Source: an uncultured virus (IMG/VR IMGVR_UViG_3300027769_000015) | Lineage: Duplodnaviria; Heunggongvirae; Uroviricota; Caudoviricetes | Direction: 5' to 3' (one strand) | DNA: 64,000 nucleotides | IMG/VR virus record: IMGVR_UViG_3300027769_000015 | Shown: positions 38,222 through 50,600 of the stretch, piece by piece | How positions within the stretch are numbered: position 1 is the first letter of the stretch | Layout: each line of letters begins with the position of its first letter | Position numbers and translations under genes: made by a program | The notes under the pieces: model-generated | What the model was told of the DNA's origin: nothing | The model's input: the letters and a program-made list of their open reading frames with translations, nothing else | The model's database searches: none

Positions 38222-38812
38222 TTAGAGAGCTCTTGCCGATGGTACACCCTTGTACTCACCAACTTTGTTACGACCATAATCACTAGCTGTGTTTGCTTGT
38301 CCATAACCAGCTGGCATTACCTCTGCTGAAGTAACACCGTCAAAGATGTAGTTATTGTAGAGACTGTAGGCAGTTGTGCGCTCTGCATGACCTAAGTTAG
38401 CAAATGCTTCTGCTGACGTAACACCGTCAAAAATATAGTTGCTATATAAACTGTAGTCGGTTGTACGCTTTGCGTGACCGCCATCTAATGCTTTAGTGGT
38501 TGTAAGACCTTTGTATTCACTTGGACGGAATCTCATTCCACCAAATGTTGTAGTTCCATCTGCGAATGTTCCAGCTAATGGGGTTGTTCCTGCGTACAGG
38601 GTAGAACCAGTGAATAACTGTGATAGAAGAACATTACCTGGATGGTAACCAGTTCCAGGAACATGGTTGTTATCTGGAGCTCCAGTTAAAAGACCTGGTG
38701 CAAAGAGGGGATAAAAAGAGTAGGTTCCAGCTGTACCCTTAAAAGGGTTCACCATGTCAGCGGTTGAACGACCTTTGAGTACTGGCCTTGGGCCAACGTA
38801 GTAAGTTGCCAT
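38222..38812 (-). CDS. probable virion protein with internal tandem repeat
   Basis: Gly/Thr-rich; GHAxRTTxYSLYxNYIFDGVTSAE occurs twice; AAGGAG SD and TACTATA motif upstream. Confidence 0.7.
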   Translation of the reverse strand: MATYYVGPRPVLKGRSTADMVNPFKGTAGTYSFYPLFAPGLLTGAPDNNHVPGTGYHPGNVLLSQLFTGSTLYAGTTPLAGTFADGTTTFGGMRFRPSEYKGLTTTKALDGGHAKRTTDYSLYSNYIFDGVTSAEAFANLGHAERTTAYSLYNNYIFDGVTSAEVMPAGYGQANTASDYGRNKVGEYKGVPSARAL

Positions 38813-38883
38813 TTTATAGTCTCCTTAAAAGAATATTGTGGTATTTATAGTAAAATCAAATAGCCACTTATTAACTATTAAAA

Positions 38884-40152
38884 TTAGCTATAATTGACTA
38901 TTAAATCAGAAAGAACTGGAGCTGTTCCATCTCCAAGTTGATTTAAGGTTACCTCTATCCAGACCGAAGACGACCCAGGAACTTCGTCAAGGGTATAGAC
39001 TCCACTGTCTTTCCAGATAACTCTATAGCTAAAAGCTGTAGATATTAATTCTTCTGGAACGTTGTACATCTTAGGTATCACTTCATCTACCGAATAGATT
39101 AATGTTCCCTCAGGGGCAGTAAACTTAATTATTGTTCTTCCAGTTTCCAAGAACCTTTGTGACCTTACATCTAAATCAGCTAAACCGTATGTATAGACGT
39201 ATTTACCATTCTCTAAAATGTAATTTCTTTGTCTCATGTTTATTCTAATTGCAGTAATTTTTACTGGAGGGAAGTAGAATCCTATCGGTCCAGCGTTAAG
39301 AATTGCATCAGAACCAGCTATTGACCAACCACCTGGAGGAACTCTACCTATTGCATCAGACTCACTATCGTATAGCCTGTTAAAGTTTAGTGGTGTCCAA
39401 CCATCTGACTCTTCTAGGGTTGGCTCGACCTTTGTAGTATATTCTATAGAAAGAATGTCTACTCCAAATAATGGATACGGAGACATTGAAACGTAGTTTG
39501 ACGTATCCGATCCTGAGTAAGCATTAGGTACTTTGTAGTAGGCAAACATTTGAGCACCGGCTGCCGAAGCTGTATCAGCTATAACATTTCGCTTCCAAAA
39601 CTTATCAGATCTATCCAACAAAGCATGGAACATTGGGCTAGTGTCCACTAGGGCACCGGGTGTGTCAACGCTAACAAAGTCATTTTTTATCTTTGTTTCC
39701 AAAAGGTCTGGAATTGTTTGCTCACCTAACCCACTAAAAAACTTAAGTTTAGAATAAGAAGAACCATCAACTTTAGGCAGGGTAATTAAGTTATATACGT
39801 GATCAAAACTGAGCGCCTCAGAACTTGAGAGAGCGAATTGTGCATCGCTGACAAAGCTGGCTACATCTATTTGGGAATAGCTATATATAGAAAGTTTTTT
39901 ATAGGCAGAATCGGTATTGTATTCAATCGCCTTCATTCTGTCTTCTAGGTCTGCTATAGCTCTAGAGATAAATAAATGATCCTTCAGCACTCTCTCAAAG
40001 GCTTGGTTTAATTTTTGATCCAACACGCCGGATCTATTATAGAGATGAACTAAATCTTGATAATTTTGTTCGACTCTCATATTAAAGTCAGTGCTATTTA
40101 CAGGACCGTTGTACTGTATTGTGTTATTTTCTGTGTTTAGGTAATCTGACAT
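38884..40152 (-). CDS. probable virion structural protein
   Basis: 422 aa; N-terminal YNGPVNS..FN coiled coil; C-terminal TAPVLSDLIV resembles neighbouring structural ORFs. Confidence 0.65.
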   Translation of the reverse strand: MSDYLNTENNTIQYNGPVNSTDFNMRVEQNYQDLVHLYNRSGVLDQKLNQAFERVLKDHLFISRAIADLEDRMKAIEYNTDSAYKKLSIYSYSQIDVASFVSDAQFALSSSEALSFDHVYNLITLPKVDGSSYSKLKFFSGLGEQTIPDLLETKIKNDFVSVDTPGALVDTSPMFHALLDRSDKFWKRNVIADTASAAGAQMFAYYKVPNAYSGSDTSNYVSMSPYPLFGVDILSIEYTTKVEPTLEESDGWTPLNFNRLYDSESDAIGRVPPGGWSIAGSDAILNAGPIGFYFPPVKITAIRINMRQRNYILENGKYVYTYGLADLDVRSQRFLETGRTIIKFTAPEGTLIYSVDEVIPKMYNVPEELISTAFSYRVIWKDSGVYTLDEVPGSSSVWIEVTLNQLGDGTAPVLSDLIVNYS

Positions 40153-40161
40153 TTTATTTAA

Positions 40162-40587
40162 TTATCCAGTCTGTTTTTCTAATTTATTAATTTTATAAAA
40201 TAATCTTGACAAACTTCCACCGATTGTATCCGTAGTTTCTAGATAATCTATTGTATCATCCGCAGTGTAATTGTACATGGATATTGAATCAGCAGAAAGA
40301 TCATAGACTCTACCGTAGTATTCTTCGCCAGTTACTTCATCTAGGACAGTTCTGATTTCATGAGTTTCATCTTTTTCAGCTCCTAAAAAAATCTTTACCT
40401 TGTCAAGAATGGCTGTGTCAAGAAGTTCCAATTCTAAATAAACTCTATTCATATCCATGAATATTTTTTGATTAAAAAGATTTTCTTGACCACTTTTTCT
40501 TGGAGATCTATAAAAAGATCTGAACCTTTTGGTTAAAGGTTCTCTAATTATTTTTTTACTATTTGGATCTAAGTAACTTATCGGCAT
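40162..40587 (-). CDS. probable virion structural protein
   Basis: 141 aa; AGGAG SD and TACTATA motif upstream. Confidence 0.6.
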   Translation of the reverse strand: MPISYLDPNSKKIIREPLTKRFRSFYRSPRKSGQENLFNQKIFMDMNRVYLELELLDTAILDKVKIFLGAEKDETHEIRTVLDEVTGEEYYGRVYDLSADSISMYNYTADDTIDYLETTDTIGGSLSRLFYKINKLEKQTG

Positions 40588-40615
40588 GTGTGTCTCCTAG
40601 TTTATATAGTAAAGT

Positions 40616-42841
40616 TTAATATTCACTTGTTGTTGAATTATTAGAGGATAATTCACCTGCTGATATATCAGAGTAATTTTCTGAGTTCTTAAACTTTAAT
40701 TTAAAATAATCAATATTTGGAGAAGACAAAGGGTTTCTACCTCTAGCCATATCAGCCCTAAACCTTAAGGCTGTTACTGGATTTGGATTATTTGAGTAGA
40801 AGAACAATCTTGAGTTATTGCTGATATTGTCTCTACATAGTATTTCTTTATTTCCAAAGAAATTTTCTATAGTAAAAACCTTGTCATAAACTGATCTATT
40901 ACTTTTGAATTCTATTGGATCCACATATCCGTAGTACTGGCTATATACCAAACCATAATCTAGTAGCGATTTAGAATCCATTAAACTAATAGAACCATTT
41001 GCACTATCTTTTATGTCTATAGCTACTTTCAGTGTATTGATACCCGCTTTGAAATTCCATTCAATTAATTCTGAAGTTACACCAGATGGGACAGCTGACG
41101 GCCTACCATTTAGGTAGACTGCAACATCCCAGCTCTTTGAAACGCTATCATTCTTTACTAATAAATGCCTGATCGTAATGTCATTAGCGCAGAATATTTT
41201 TGTTTCTAATAAAACGCTAATTGATTTTAAGTTTGGCCCTGAAAAGAATATAGAATTATTAGAAATTTCATAAGACGGTATAGAGAATATTTGTCTAACG
41301 CTTGATTTTCCAGACAATATATTTCCCCAAGTAGCCAAAGAATCATTTTCATTATAAATACTATTCTGATAATTTATATAACTACCGGAAACTGAATTTA
41401 TGCCGTCCAAAAGATAAGAGCTAACAGGATTATCCAATTGATCTAGTTTAGCTATTCTGTATATTGTTTGATTTGGATACAGATCAACTGTTGGATTTTG
41501 TTCGTTTAAATTTTTAGAAACAGTTTTTGAAACTAGAGGTATTTTCTTTAATGAGTTTGTAGAATTTTCTGCATCAATTAATATCTTTTTTGACTTTAAA
41601 GAAGAACCACTAAAGTTAACTGTTGTAGAAAAAGAATTTTGAACACTTTGTTCTGGAGAAATTGGAATCCAAGAAAAATCAGATATCGATTGAGCTGATT
41701 CATTATCTTCTGCTATAAAATAGTTAATAGAACCATCTTGTAAATTTTCTCCAACATCCACCGAAACAGCATCTATTACCAAGTTGCTGTTGTCGTTTGA
41801 ATTTAATGATATTGGAGCAGAAACGAATGAGGCTGACTTATCATAATATTGACCACTAATTGAAATATCTCTAATTCCATATCTATAGCCGTATCTATTG
41901 GTTCTATTTTCTTCTATTAGATCTGGTTCCGTCTTAACAAAAAAGACATCTATTGATCCAACATTTCCTGGATCAAAGCTAAAAGAAAACCTATCATAAT
42001 CTTTAGTAGATTTCTTACTCATGACTTCTGAAGTTTTATTAGCATCTGTATAGTTTACTTTTACATAAATATCAGTTGGCGAAATAGTGTTTAGTCTTCC
42101 TTCTATTTTTGAAAGAATAACATTTCTTGCTATTGGTAAATTAATCGAAAAACTTACTAGACCTATCGTGTCAAAGTAAAATATATTTTGCCATTCAGTA
42201 TTTTCCAAACCATCAAATACAGATCCAAAGAAAGAATCATCCGAAAACTTCTTGTTTAAATCTATTTGTGTCTTATTAAAGCTCAGAGAATATGTTGGAG
42301 CGCTTGCTACAATTGAGCTAGTTGATAATAGGTCAAACACTGAAGACTTTAATGTTGGTAGTGAAACTTTTCCATTAACCGTGTCCACAAAAGCTGAAGT
42401 GTAATTCAAATCTGACCCACTCGTTGATGCAAAGTTGTCGGAATATGCTGCGTAGTAACCCTCTGAGTTTTGATTAGCAAAAATTAAATCATCTACCCTG
42501 TTTTCTAGTGCCATTCTTTTAGATTTTAGATTATTTAATCTTTTATTTAAAGCAGTTGCTACGGTCATCAAATCGTCAGAATTTTCAAATATAGAATCAT
42601 ATAAGACTTCTATATTAAATAGAGTATGTAACATCTTTTGGTTAAACACTTCAACCTGACCAAATGCCATCTGCCTAAACAGCTGAGCATTAATGTCTAG
42701 TGGTTCTCCTGGTTGATACCTGGAAAAATACTTAGAAAAAAACTCGAGTATCTCTTGCTCATTTGGTTTATTGCCACCAGCATATAAGCTCTTATACAGA
42801 GTGCTTAAAAATTTTTCTTTTTGAATATTGCTTATTGTCAT
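40616..42841 (-). CDS. probable virion structural (baseplate/tail) protein
   Basis: 741 aa, Ser/Asn-rich; Y.YGIRDI, WIPISP and SPNIDYFKLKF motifs shared with adjacent genes. Confidence 0.65.
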   Translation of the reverse strand: MTISNIQKEKFLSTLYKSLYAGGNKPNEQEILEFFSKYFSRYQPGEPLDINAQLFRQMAFGQVEVFNQKMLHTLFNIEVLYDSIFENSDDLMTVATALNKRLNNLKSKRMALENRVDDLIFANQNSEGYYAAYSDNFASTSGSDLNYTSAFVDTVNGKVSLPTLKSSVFDLLSTSSIVASAPTYSLSFNKTQIDLNKKFSDDSFFGSVFDGLENTEWQNIFYFDTIGLVSFSINLPIARNVILSKIEGRLNTISPTDIYVKVNYTDANKTSEVMSKKSTKDYDRFSFSFDPGNVGSIDVFFVKTEPDLIEENRTNRYGYRYGIRDISISGQYYDKSASFVSAPISLNSNDNSNLVIDAVSVDVGENLQDGSINYFIAEDNESAQSISDFSWIPISPEQSVQNSFSTTVNFSGSSLKSKKILIDAENSTNSLKKIPLVSKTVSKNLNEQNPTVDLYPNQTIYRIAKLDQLDNPVSSYLLDGINSVSGSYINYQNSIYNENDSLATWGNILSGKSSVRQIFSIPSYEISNNSIFFSGPNLKSISVLLETKIFCANDITIRHLLVKNDSVSKSWDVAVYLNGRPSAVPSGVTSELIEWNFKAGINTLKVAIDIKDSANGSISLMDSKSLLDYGLVYSQYYGYVDPIEFKSNRSVYDKVFTIENFFGNKEILCRDNISNNSRLFFYSNNPNPVTALRFRADMARGRNPLSSPNIDYFKLKFKNSENYSDISAGELSSNNSTTSEY

Positions 42842-44995
42842 AATTGTTCAACTCTTCCGGCTATTTGATATGAGTAAATAACTGGCGTAGTGTTTTCATA
42901 TCTTGGTTTTTCTATTTCAATCTTTATCCTTATCGATTTTGTATCGACTGGTACGTCAGGAAAGTTTAAATATGAAACTCCCTTTATCTGACCAAAGCTT
43001 TCTACGTTTTCATTAAATGATAATATTTCTGGAACTCCATTAAATGGATTTTCTATTGGAGATATTTGTATCCATTTTTTACCATCATCTACAGAAATGT
43101 AATATTTTATATAGCTTATATTTGAATTAGCATTTTGAAGGTTAAATGCAGTATCGGCAGATATCGTTAGGTTTTTTACGTTATAACCAAAGACAAATGG
43201 CTTAGATATTAACTGCGCTTTTTGCGCATAAACGCTGTAATTTACATCTATAGACCTAAGACCTATTGTAAATCTTTTTGCTGGATAAATTTCAAAATTT
43301 CTCTGAAGTAGGATCGACGCTGTTGAATACTTAGGCGATAAATCTGACTTTATTGTTTCTACTGTTAAGTCTTGAAAATTTGAACTAGACCATTCAGCGT
43401 TTGATATTTTTTGTTGTATGTATGTTTTTGCTGTTTCTGCTGAAACTAAGCTTTCATATTGAAAAGCTAAATTAATATCAGACACAGCTGCCAATTCCTG
43501 TTGTTTAGCTAAAGTCTGATAGGCTATTGCTGGGTTCACATAATAGTATTTTTGAAGTGATGGAGTTGCAGAAGAGTTTAATCTCTTAAATGTAACTACA
43601 TACCTTTCTACTTTTAAAGATTCCTTATAGGTAACGTTAATTTTTTTTGTCACAAGACTAGACTGATCTTTTGATACATTAGGGCGCAAAATACTTGGAA
43701 CTAAATCAGAGTAATTGAATTGCACATCTTGAAAACCAAGAGCATTAAACGATGCTGGATCGAATCTACTCTGAGTGTTTAATGGGGTAAGGGAGCCAGT
43801 GTTTGAATATGGCTTCCAATACATATGCTGTATCGTTACATCCGAATAATCTGATTGTTCTAGGTGAACAGTTATTTCAGATGTAACTATTTCGTTAAAA
43901 TAAATTACAGCTTTATTGTAGTAATAATTTTTCTTAGATTCAATATTTTGAGGTATAAAATTAGAACCTATATAAGCTGGAGAGCTTAATAGTTCAACAG
44001 TTTGGTTTGTTAATTTAGAAACCGCAGTTATAGAAGAAACTTTCAGTTCAGCATATGGTGAACCGGCTTTGCCCAAAATAAGGAATTATAGATATGGAAT
44101 TTGTTTTCTTTGAGGAATCTGCTTTTAATTTTAGCGTTAGCTTAAGCGGTTCATTGAGAGGTTTTTCTGACCAATTTTTGTAAATAGTATTTGTTTTTCC
44201 ATCCGTTGAAACTTTAGAAGAATATGTAAACTCAAAATCCTTTGCTGCGTTTCTGTTCTTCTGAACTGGATCTACATATATTCCTTCGTATTCAAAATAA
44301 GTCAAAGGGTTAGAATCGGTTACATTCTGTAAGAGACCAACGGAGTTGTTATCCTGAAAAAGATAACGGTAGTTTGAATCTACGTTTTCTTTTGCGTAGA
44401 CCGTATGATTATTTCCAATGAATCCATTGGATTCACTTTCGTCAACTGAGATCGATCTAACACTCCATGAATTTGTATCAATCACTGGAAGCGACGCATT
44501 GCCATTTCTAACTGAGGCAATTAGATTTTTTGGTATTTTTTCTATATCTATAAAATCCATATTTTCAAATGAGTCACCAAAGTAATATAAGTCTTCGCTA
44601 GGAGCTTCTGAATACGCTTGGAGTATTCTTACTTTTGATTTAATTCTATTAGCAAATTGATTTTCTTTTTCTATTTCAGAATTAAATAGATTATACAAAG
44701 AAACTAGTTGTGCACTCTGGTAGTCAAGCTGCTTGGCTATAATGTTTAAATCGTCTGCTACTTCTGAAATAAACTTATTAAACTTTTCAGACGATGGTGG
44801 CTCACCCTTTATCACCTGATTATACTTTGCTATTGGATCAGTAGAGTATTTATTAATTTCAGTTATAAGTGCGTGGAATTCTTCTGACATATCTTCATAT
44901 GAGCTAACAGTATTTTTGGTATATTTTCTTAAAAAGGCCTGAACCTTTTTTATCAGTTGATCATAGAATACTGTGTTTGTAGATAGTTGAGCCAT
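42838..44995 (-). CDS. probable virion structural protein; needs a +1 shift at CGGT (44062-44065); 718 aa joined
   Basis: ISIIPYFGQS-GSPYAELKVSS joins the 315 aa and 412 aa ORFs; size and motifs (GEPPSS, IGLRSI, WIQISP, TPVIYSY) match the 741 and 882 aa neighbours. Confidence 0.75.
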
Positions 44996-44997
44996 TT

Positions 44998-47631
44998 TTA
45001 TCCCAATCTTAAAAGATTATTTGCCATATGGTCAGAGTTTTTTGTTTTAAACTTAAGTATAACATTATCTACCGATCCAGATGAAAAATAATTATTAAAA
45101 TTATTTCTTATAATTAATCTAAATCTTATCTGACTATTTAAGTAGTCATAAATAACATTAAATGGTTGAGTAATGGCTTTATTAAAGATAATATTCTTTC
45201 CGTTGTGAAAGAATAAAACTTCTTGAGTATCATAAAACTCACCCTTTTCAAAACTGCCCAACTTATAATTGGTAAGATTTGTGGCATATGAACCATCGGA
45301 GAACTTTACGGCAACTGGGGTATAGCCAGTGTACTCTATGGTGTTAATAGTACCACCTCTTTGGCTATAGGAAGCCTTTTTAAGCTTATCATAGTTTATG
45401 TATGGTTGATTGACTAATTTAACACTATTATTTGATCCAGTTCTATCAAAATACTCACCGTTTTTATCATTGGAATATGCTGATAAAGTTGGATTATTTA
45501 CCAATAGCGTAGATATGTCTATATAATTCTGAGTAAAATTAGTGCTATCTGCCGTATAGCTAACTATGTAATTATTCTTTGGATCAAAAGAACTTATGTA
45601 AATTGATCTATTAAATTTATTTACAGTATATTGACTTTCTGGAATCAATTTTTGATTTGAATATAATTTTATAGAAGTTTCAACTGGAAAGAATCTTAAA
45701 GATGCGGTCTTGCTTATCTGATCAAAAAACAAAAACTCAGAATTAATTTCATTGCTATCATAAGAAATAATTGGTATCCAATCGTTTTCTGAAATTGGAT
45801 TTTCTTTTACTGAAATTGACAATTCATAAGAATTTGCTTCTTTAAGATCAAAATCTGGAAGAGCTTTACTCTCGTTAACATCTTCTAAATTTAGCTTAGC
45901 TTTGACAGCTAATGGATTTCCGTCAATTGGAATTTTAGAACTTATAAAACAAGCTTTACTTGTTGATAAGGAGTTAGTTGAGTTTGCAATTTGTCTTGTC
46001 TTTCCAAATTGTATTCCCTTTAAGGAAAAAGAATACATATAGTTATCTACATTTTGATTTTTATTTCTTAGCATGTTTGTAGAGTGAATATTGGACCCTG
46101 ACATAATCGCATTATCCTCAAAACTTATCAGGTTCTTATCTAATGAGTTTGAATTCTTACTAAGAACACTTGGAGAGTTCCCAACCTTACTGAGGAATCC
46201 GCCTCTATTATTTATATTATTGTCCACAAATAATGAATCATTAAATAGTTTAAATCTGTCCCCCAACGTTTGAGATACTATATTTTTAACCATTATAGAA
46301 AGATGATTACTAGACGACAAACGATCTTCCTGATCCAGGGATACCGAGTTGTTATTCTCGTGCATAAATAACTGGGAGTCAATCTTGCTAGTCGGGTATT
46401 TGTATGTGTAGTAATCGGTGTATGCGTACGAGTTTCTCTTAGCTTCATCTATCGAAGTAAACTTTCTAAAGTATTCTAGAACTATATCTTGTAGTTTGCT
46501 GTGAGAATTCTTTTTGCGTTGGCGTATACCGTTCAATAATTCGTGAATCAATCTTGACGATACTTCATCTGAAGTTGGTGAAGTGGTATTTTTCTTATAG
46601 GTACTTTGATTAAATATTAGCGTAATGCTTTTTACCTTATCTAAAGGAAAGCCTATGTCTAATACGGAATTTATTTTTATTGGGGATAAGAGAAGTTTCT
46701 TTTTTTGATAACCAGAACTTGGAACATTAGAATTGCTTGAATAGATTCTTTCTGCTATATTGGCTGATTCCACAACCACCTGCATTAGTTGCAGCCCATC
46801 ATATTCGTTTGGATTAATTCTAATTAAATCCATTTCAATCTCTTTTATGAAGTTTATCGTTACTACTGTTTTAGCACCGACTATGTATGAATAGTCATAA
46901 TCTATATTTTGAGAAAAAGACGGTGGAATAGAAGTTAATATTGTTGGCGATTGAACTGATATATTCCATACGTTCGACTGCTTTTCATTAAACAAAGATT
47001 GATAATCTGTTATTGAAGAAATATATTGGTTATAATTTGTTTCATAATCTACTGATTTTATATAACCTATTGTATTAATAAAATCAATCCCATTACCTAT
47101 TTTAAACTTTGAAACAACTGGATCGATAAATCCATTTCCATTTTCATCGAAACTAGGTCCGCCTCTGTCTATAAATGGAACTGGAGAAACATCATATGTA
47201 TTTGATTTTAAAAAGTCATCAAAATTTTCTATGTATGAATCGTTATAAAGATCGTCTTTACCTGAGATAAAATCATAATTATTAATATAGTTTTCTAGAA
47301 GAGAAATATTTTTTTCCACTTTAGCTACCTGGGATGACATGACTTCAATCATTGAATTTAACGATACGCTAATCGAATTAGATGCCGAAAAGTATCTATC
47401 AAATCTTATTTGCACATCTCTAAAAATGTCAACAAAAAATTCAGATTCTATAATTGCTCTAGATCTCATTAGAGTAGGGGCAAAGTCTGCTCCTACTGAA
47501 AAATTAGAAAGACTCTTTACTAATTCTGAAACCTGAGATTTATCAGCTTTAATACTTTTAATTAAATATCCAACACTTTGTTGTGAGTTATCAGAAAAAG
47601 TTTTAATTATACTAGGAAGAAAATTAATCAT
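44998..47631 (-). CDS. probable virion structural (baseplate/tail) protein
   Basis: About 877 aa from MINFLP; YSFSLKGI and WIPII motifs shared with neighbours. Confidence 0.65.
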   Translation of the reverse strand: MINFLPSIIKTFSDNSQQSVGYLIKSIKADKSQVSELVKSLSNFSVGADFAPTLMRSRAIIESEFFVDIFRDVQIRFDRYFSASNSISVSLNSMIEVMSSQVAKVEKNISLLENYINNYDFISGKDDLYNDSYIENFDDFLKSNTYDVSPVPFIDRGGPSFDENGNGFIDPVVSKFKIGNGIDFINTIGYIKSVDYETNYNQYISSITDYQSLFNEKQSNVWNISVQSPTILTSIPPSFSQNIDYDYSYIVGAKTVVTINFIKEIEMDLIRINPNEYDGLQLMQVVVESANIAERIYSSNSNVPSSGYQKKKLLLSPIKINSVLDIGFPLDKVKSITLIFNQSTYKKNTTSPTSDEVSSRLIHELLNGIRQRKKNSHSKLQDIVLEYFRKFTSIDEAKRNSYAYTDYYTYKYPTSKIDSQLFMHENNNSVSLDQEDRLSSSNHLSIMVKNIVSQTLGDRFKLFNDSLFVDNNINNRGGFLSKVGNSPSVLSKNSNSLDKNLISFEDNAIMSGSNIHSTNMLRNKNQNVDNYMYSFSLKGIQFGKTRQIANSTNSLSTSKACFISSKIPIDGNPLAVKAKLNLEDVNESKALPDFDLKEANSYELSISVKENPISENDWIPIISYDSNEINSEFLFFDQISKTASLRFFPVETSIKLYSNQKLIPESQYTVNKFNRSIYISSFDPKNNYIVSYTADSTNFTQNYIDISTLLVNNPTLSAYSNDKNGEYFDRTGSNNSVKLVNQPYINYDKLKKASYSQRGGTINTIEYTGYTPVAVKFSDGSYATNLTNYKLGSFEKGEFYDTQEVLFFHNGKNIIFNKAITQPFNVIYDYLNSQIRFRLIIRNNFNNYFSSGSVDNVILKFKTKNSDHMANNLLRLG

Positions 47632-50600
47632 TATAATACACCCCAATCATTTCCGTCCATATCCTGAATCTTATAAGCTACACCTGCTGTTATATTCTTA
47701 CTTATTATACTATACAATTCTGCTTCACTAGTAAAATTATCTAATACTTCTTTTGGCATCTTAATAATAACGAAACCGCCCTTAGAATATGCTTGCTGTT
47801 CTGGAGGATAGACGTCCCAGAATGATGATGCTTCTTTTACTTCTTTGAATACCTTGTTTATATCAAGTGATCCATATGATTGAACGTCTATGGTTTTACC
47901 CATAGTAGCCTTTAATCCTCCACCTTTTAGTCTTAGATCTTCAATGGCTAGATCCTTAATATCTACAGAATTTAACACATGAACTAATCCTATTTGAAGG
48001 GAGAATGGATCATAGTTAACGCTATTGTATGGATCGAAAATGGCAGTATTGTAGGTAAAATCTATTGGAGAATCATATATATAGTCGCTGACATAATCCC
48101 AAACATAGCCATCTTTGCTAGAGCTTCTAACTTCTATTCTAGTAGGCTTTATGTATATGTGTAAAGGCTTTTCTGTTTCTACTGTATTTTTATTGAGGAA
48201 AGGATTTATTGGAATAATCCTTCCGTTTATTTGTTTTAATGGAATACCATTTGACTTAGCGGTGTAGCTTACTCTTATTAAATCTGGATTGCTTGTAATT
48301 GCAGTAATAAAGTCAACTACTCCGGTTTGGCAGTTTATATTTCTTATGAGATTTGAATCTACTGGAGTCCATTCTGAATCAATAGATTCTCTTGTTTCAA
48401 AATCAACCCAATTTACCACTGATCCAGATTCCATTATTGAAGGCTCAGAAAACGTAGCCACCGGAACTTGCGTTAACTGATATCTCTTAGATGATAATAC
48501 TATTGGGGTTTCGTTTATTACCGTAATGTATGGTTTTCCAGCAACCTGAGACCAAATTACATTACTCATATTTAGAGTTGAGTATGTGGCCCTTAATACT
48601 TTTCCTGTATATTTTTCGGCCCACGAAGTCCAACCATAAGCTGGATTTATGTATATATCTTTAGTAAAGGATCCAGATGTTATATATAGTGGCCATTGCT
48701 GAAGCTTAGAAAGGTTTGGCGGGATAGAAGATATCCCAATTCTTGACGATGGAACATACTCAACATTGTATATAGGACATGCCATTTTTACCGGTATAGA
48801 AGAAGGTACTATTTTACCAGTAGTCTTTGGCCCAAAGAAATCTGTTCCACTTCCAAGATTACCGTCTGCGTCGGTAGCTAGTGCGGCAATGTAGAGATTA
48901 TCTGGCCCTCTTGATATGTAATCAATATAATATAAATTTGTTCCTAAGAATTCTTTTTTATTCTTATCATAAAATCCATAGATAAGACCACCATTATCTC
49001 TAGAATTATTTATTAATATAAAAGAACCATAATCTATATTTATTTCTTGTCCGTCAGGCAAACCTTGAACAAAAGACTGAAGGGTTATACCATATGGTTT
49101 ACCAACTTTATCCGGATCTAAGCTTGGTTGAGTTAACAAAACTAAACCATCTAAAACGGAAATTGAATTTTTTGCAGACTTTATTATTGAACCGTCTGTT
49201 TTCATTAACCAATAATTATTTAAAAGTTTTTCACTACTCTTAATTGTATTTGAATTTTCATATATAAGAGATGATGTTTCAAAAACTAATCTATTAGAAG
49301 AAATGCTTAGATTTAAGTTAGAACTACTTACTGGATTTCCTGTTGAAGAAACAACGTTTGCGGTTGCAAAAGTATTTGAATCTATTGAAACAGTCTTTGC
49401 CTGTGTTAAGTTTATTGATATAGACTCATCCTTATATTGAGGTTCTAAATTAGAATCTGAGTAAGGAGTAAATGGAGGACTGTACGAAGTGCTACTAAAA
49501 TTAATTGTAGTATTTGATAGGTCTAAAGTTTTTTCTCCAGACCACGTAGGGTAGGTTATTGAAACTGGAGTTGTTGCATACTTGGTTGACTTAACGCCAT
49601 TTAGATCTATAACTTCAGCTTTATTCGGTGATATTCCATTAACCGATCCAGCTACATTAAACTTTATTTCTACTGGTGCAGTAATCGTATCTAACCTATA
49701 ACCACTTTCAACTATTGTTTCAGCATTGAATTTATCTATCGTCCAGCCAATTTCAAATTCTACTTTAGCTAAAGAATAACCTTCAGCAAACGCTCCAAAT
49801 TTTCCACCTAGTGAGCCACCGTTAAATTGAAAAGCAAAGAACATACACTCTGCCATGGGCTTGTTTACCTCAATCGTAAACGGACTTGTGGTGTAGTCTG
49901 CAGGACCTTTAACGTCTTGTCGGCCAGCCATATCTGGGCCAGAATAAACTCTGGCGGATTTAAGAGCTATTCCCTTGTAGTTTGGTGCGCCAGCAAATGT
50001 TCCAGGATAAACTTTTACTGATTTAAGAACTTGGTTCTTTAAATCCTGTTGCGTTACTCCATTGAATGGAATTAAGTTAAATGGAACCGCTAAAAATATT
50101 GAATCTATTAACCTATTAGGACCAGATTCACCAGTAGATGTTACTTTTCTGTAATTCCAATCTCGATTAGGAAGATCAGATAATTCTATTGCATCTGCTG
50201 CTGCTGTAATGTATTTAATAACTGTTGGATTGCCTGTCTGCAATCTAGCTATTATTGAATTGTAGCGAGCTGGATCTGAATTTTTTATAGACTTCCAAAT
50301 ATTAATTGCAATTAATGCTTTAGTTTCACTATCGACTATTCCAGATTTTTTTCTTGCGTTGGTTGATGTTTGAAAAGCTAAAACAGCAGTTCTCGTATTT
50401 GCTTCAAACTTCCCACTTAATTCTGGAAGTTTTCCAGCAACCAGTATTCCAGCTTCTCTCATGCTTATCTGTATATACTTAATATACTCAACAAGCATTC
50501 CTGGTTTACCTACGCCGTATGCTCCAATTATATTTCCAGCTTGAATGTCTCCAGTGTATAAGAAGTTATTGACTGGATCTCGACCATCTATTCCTCCCTG

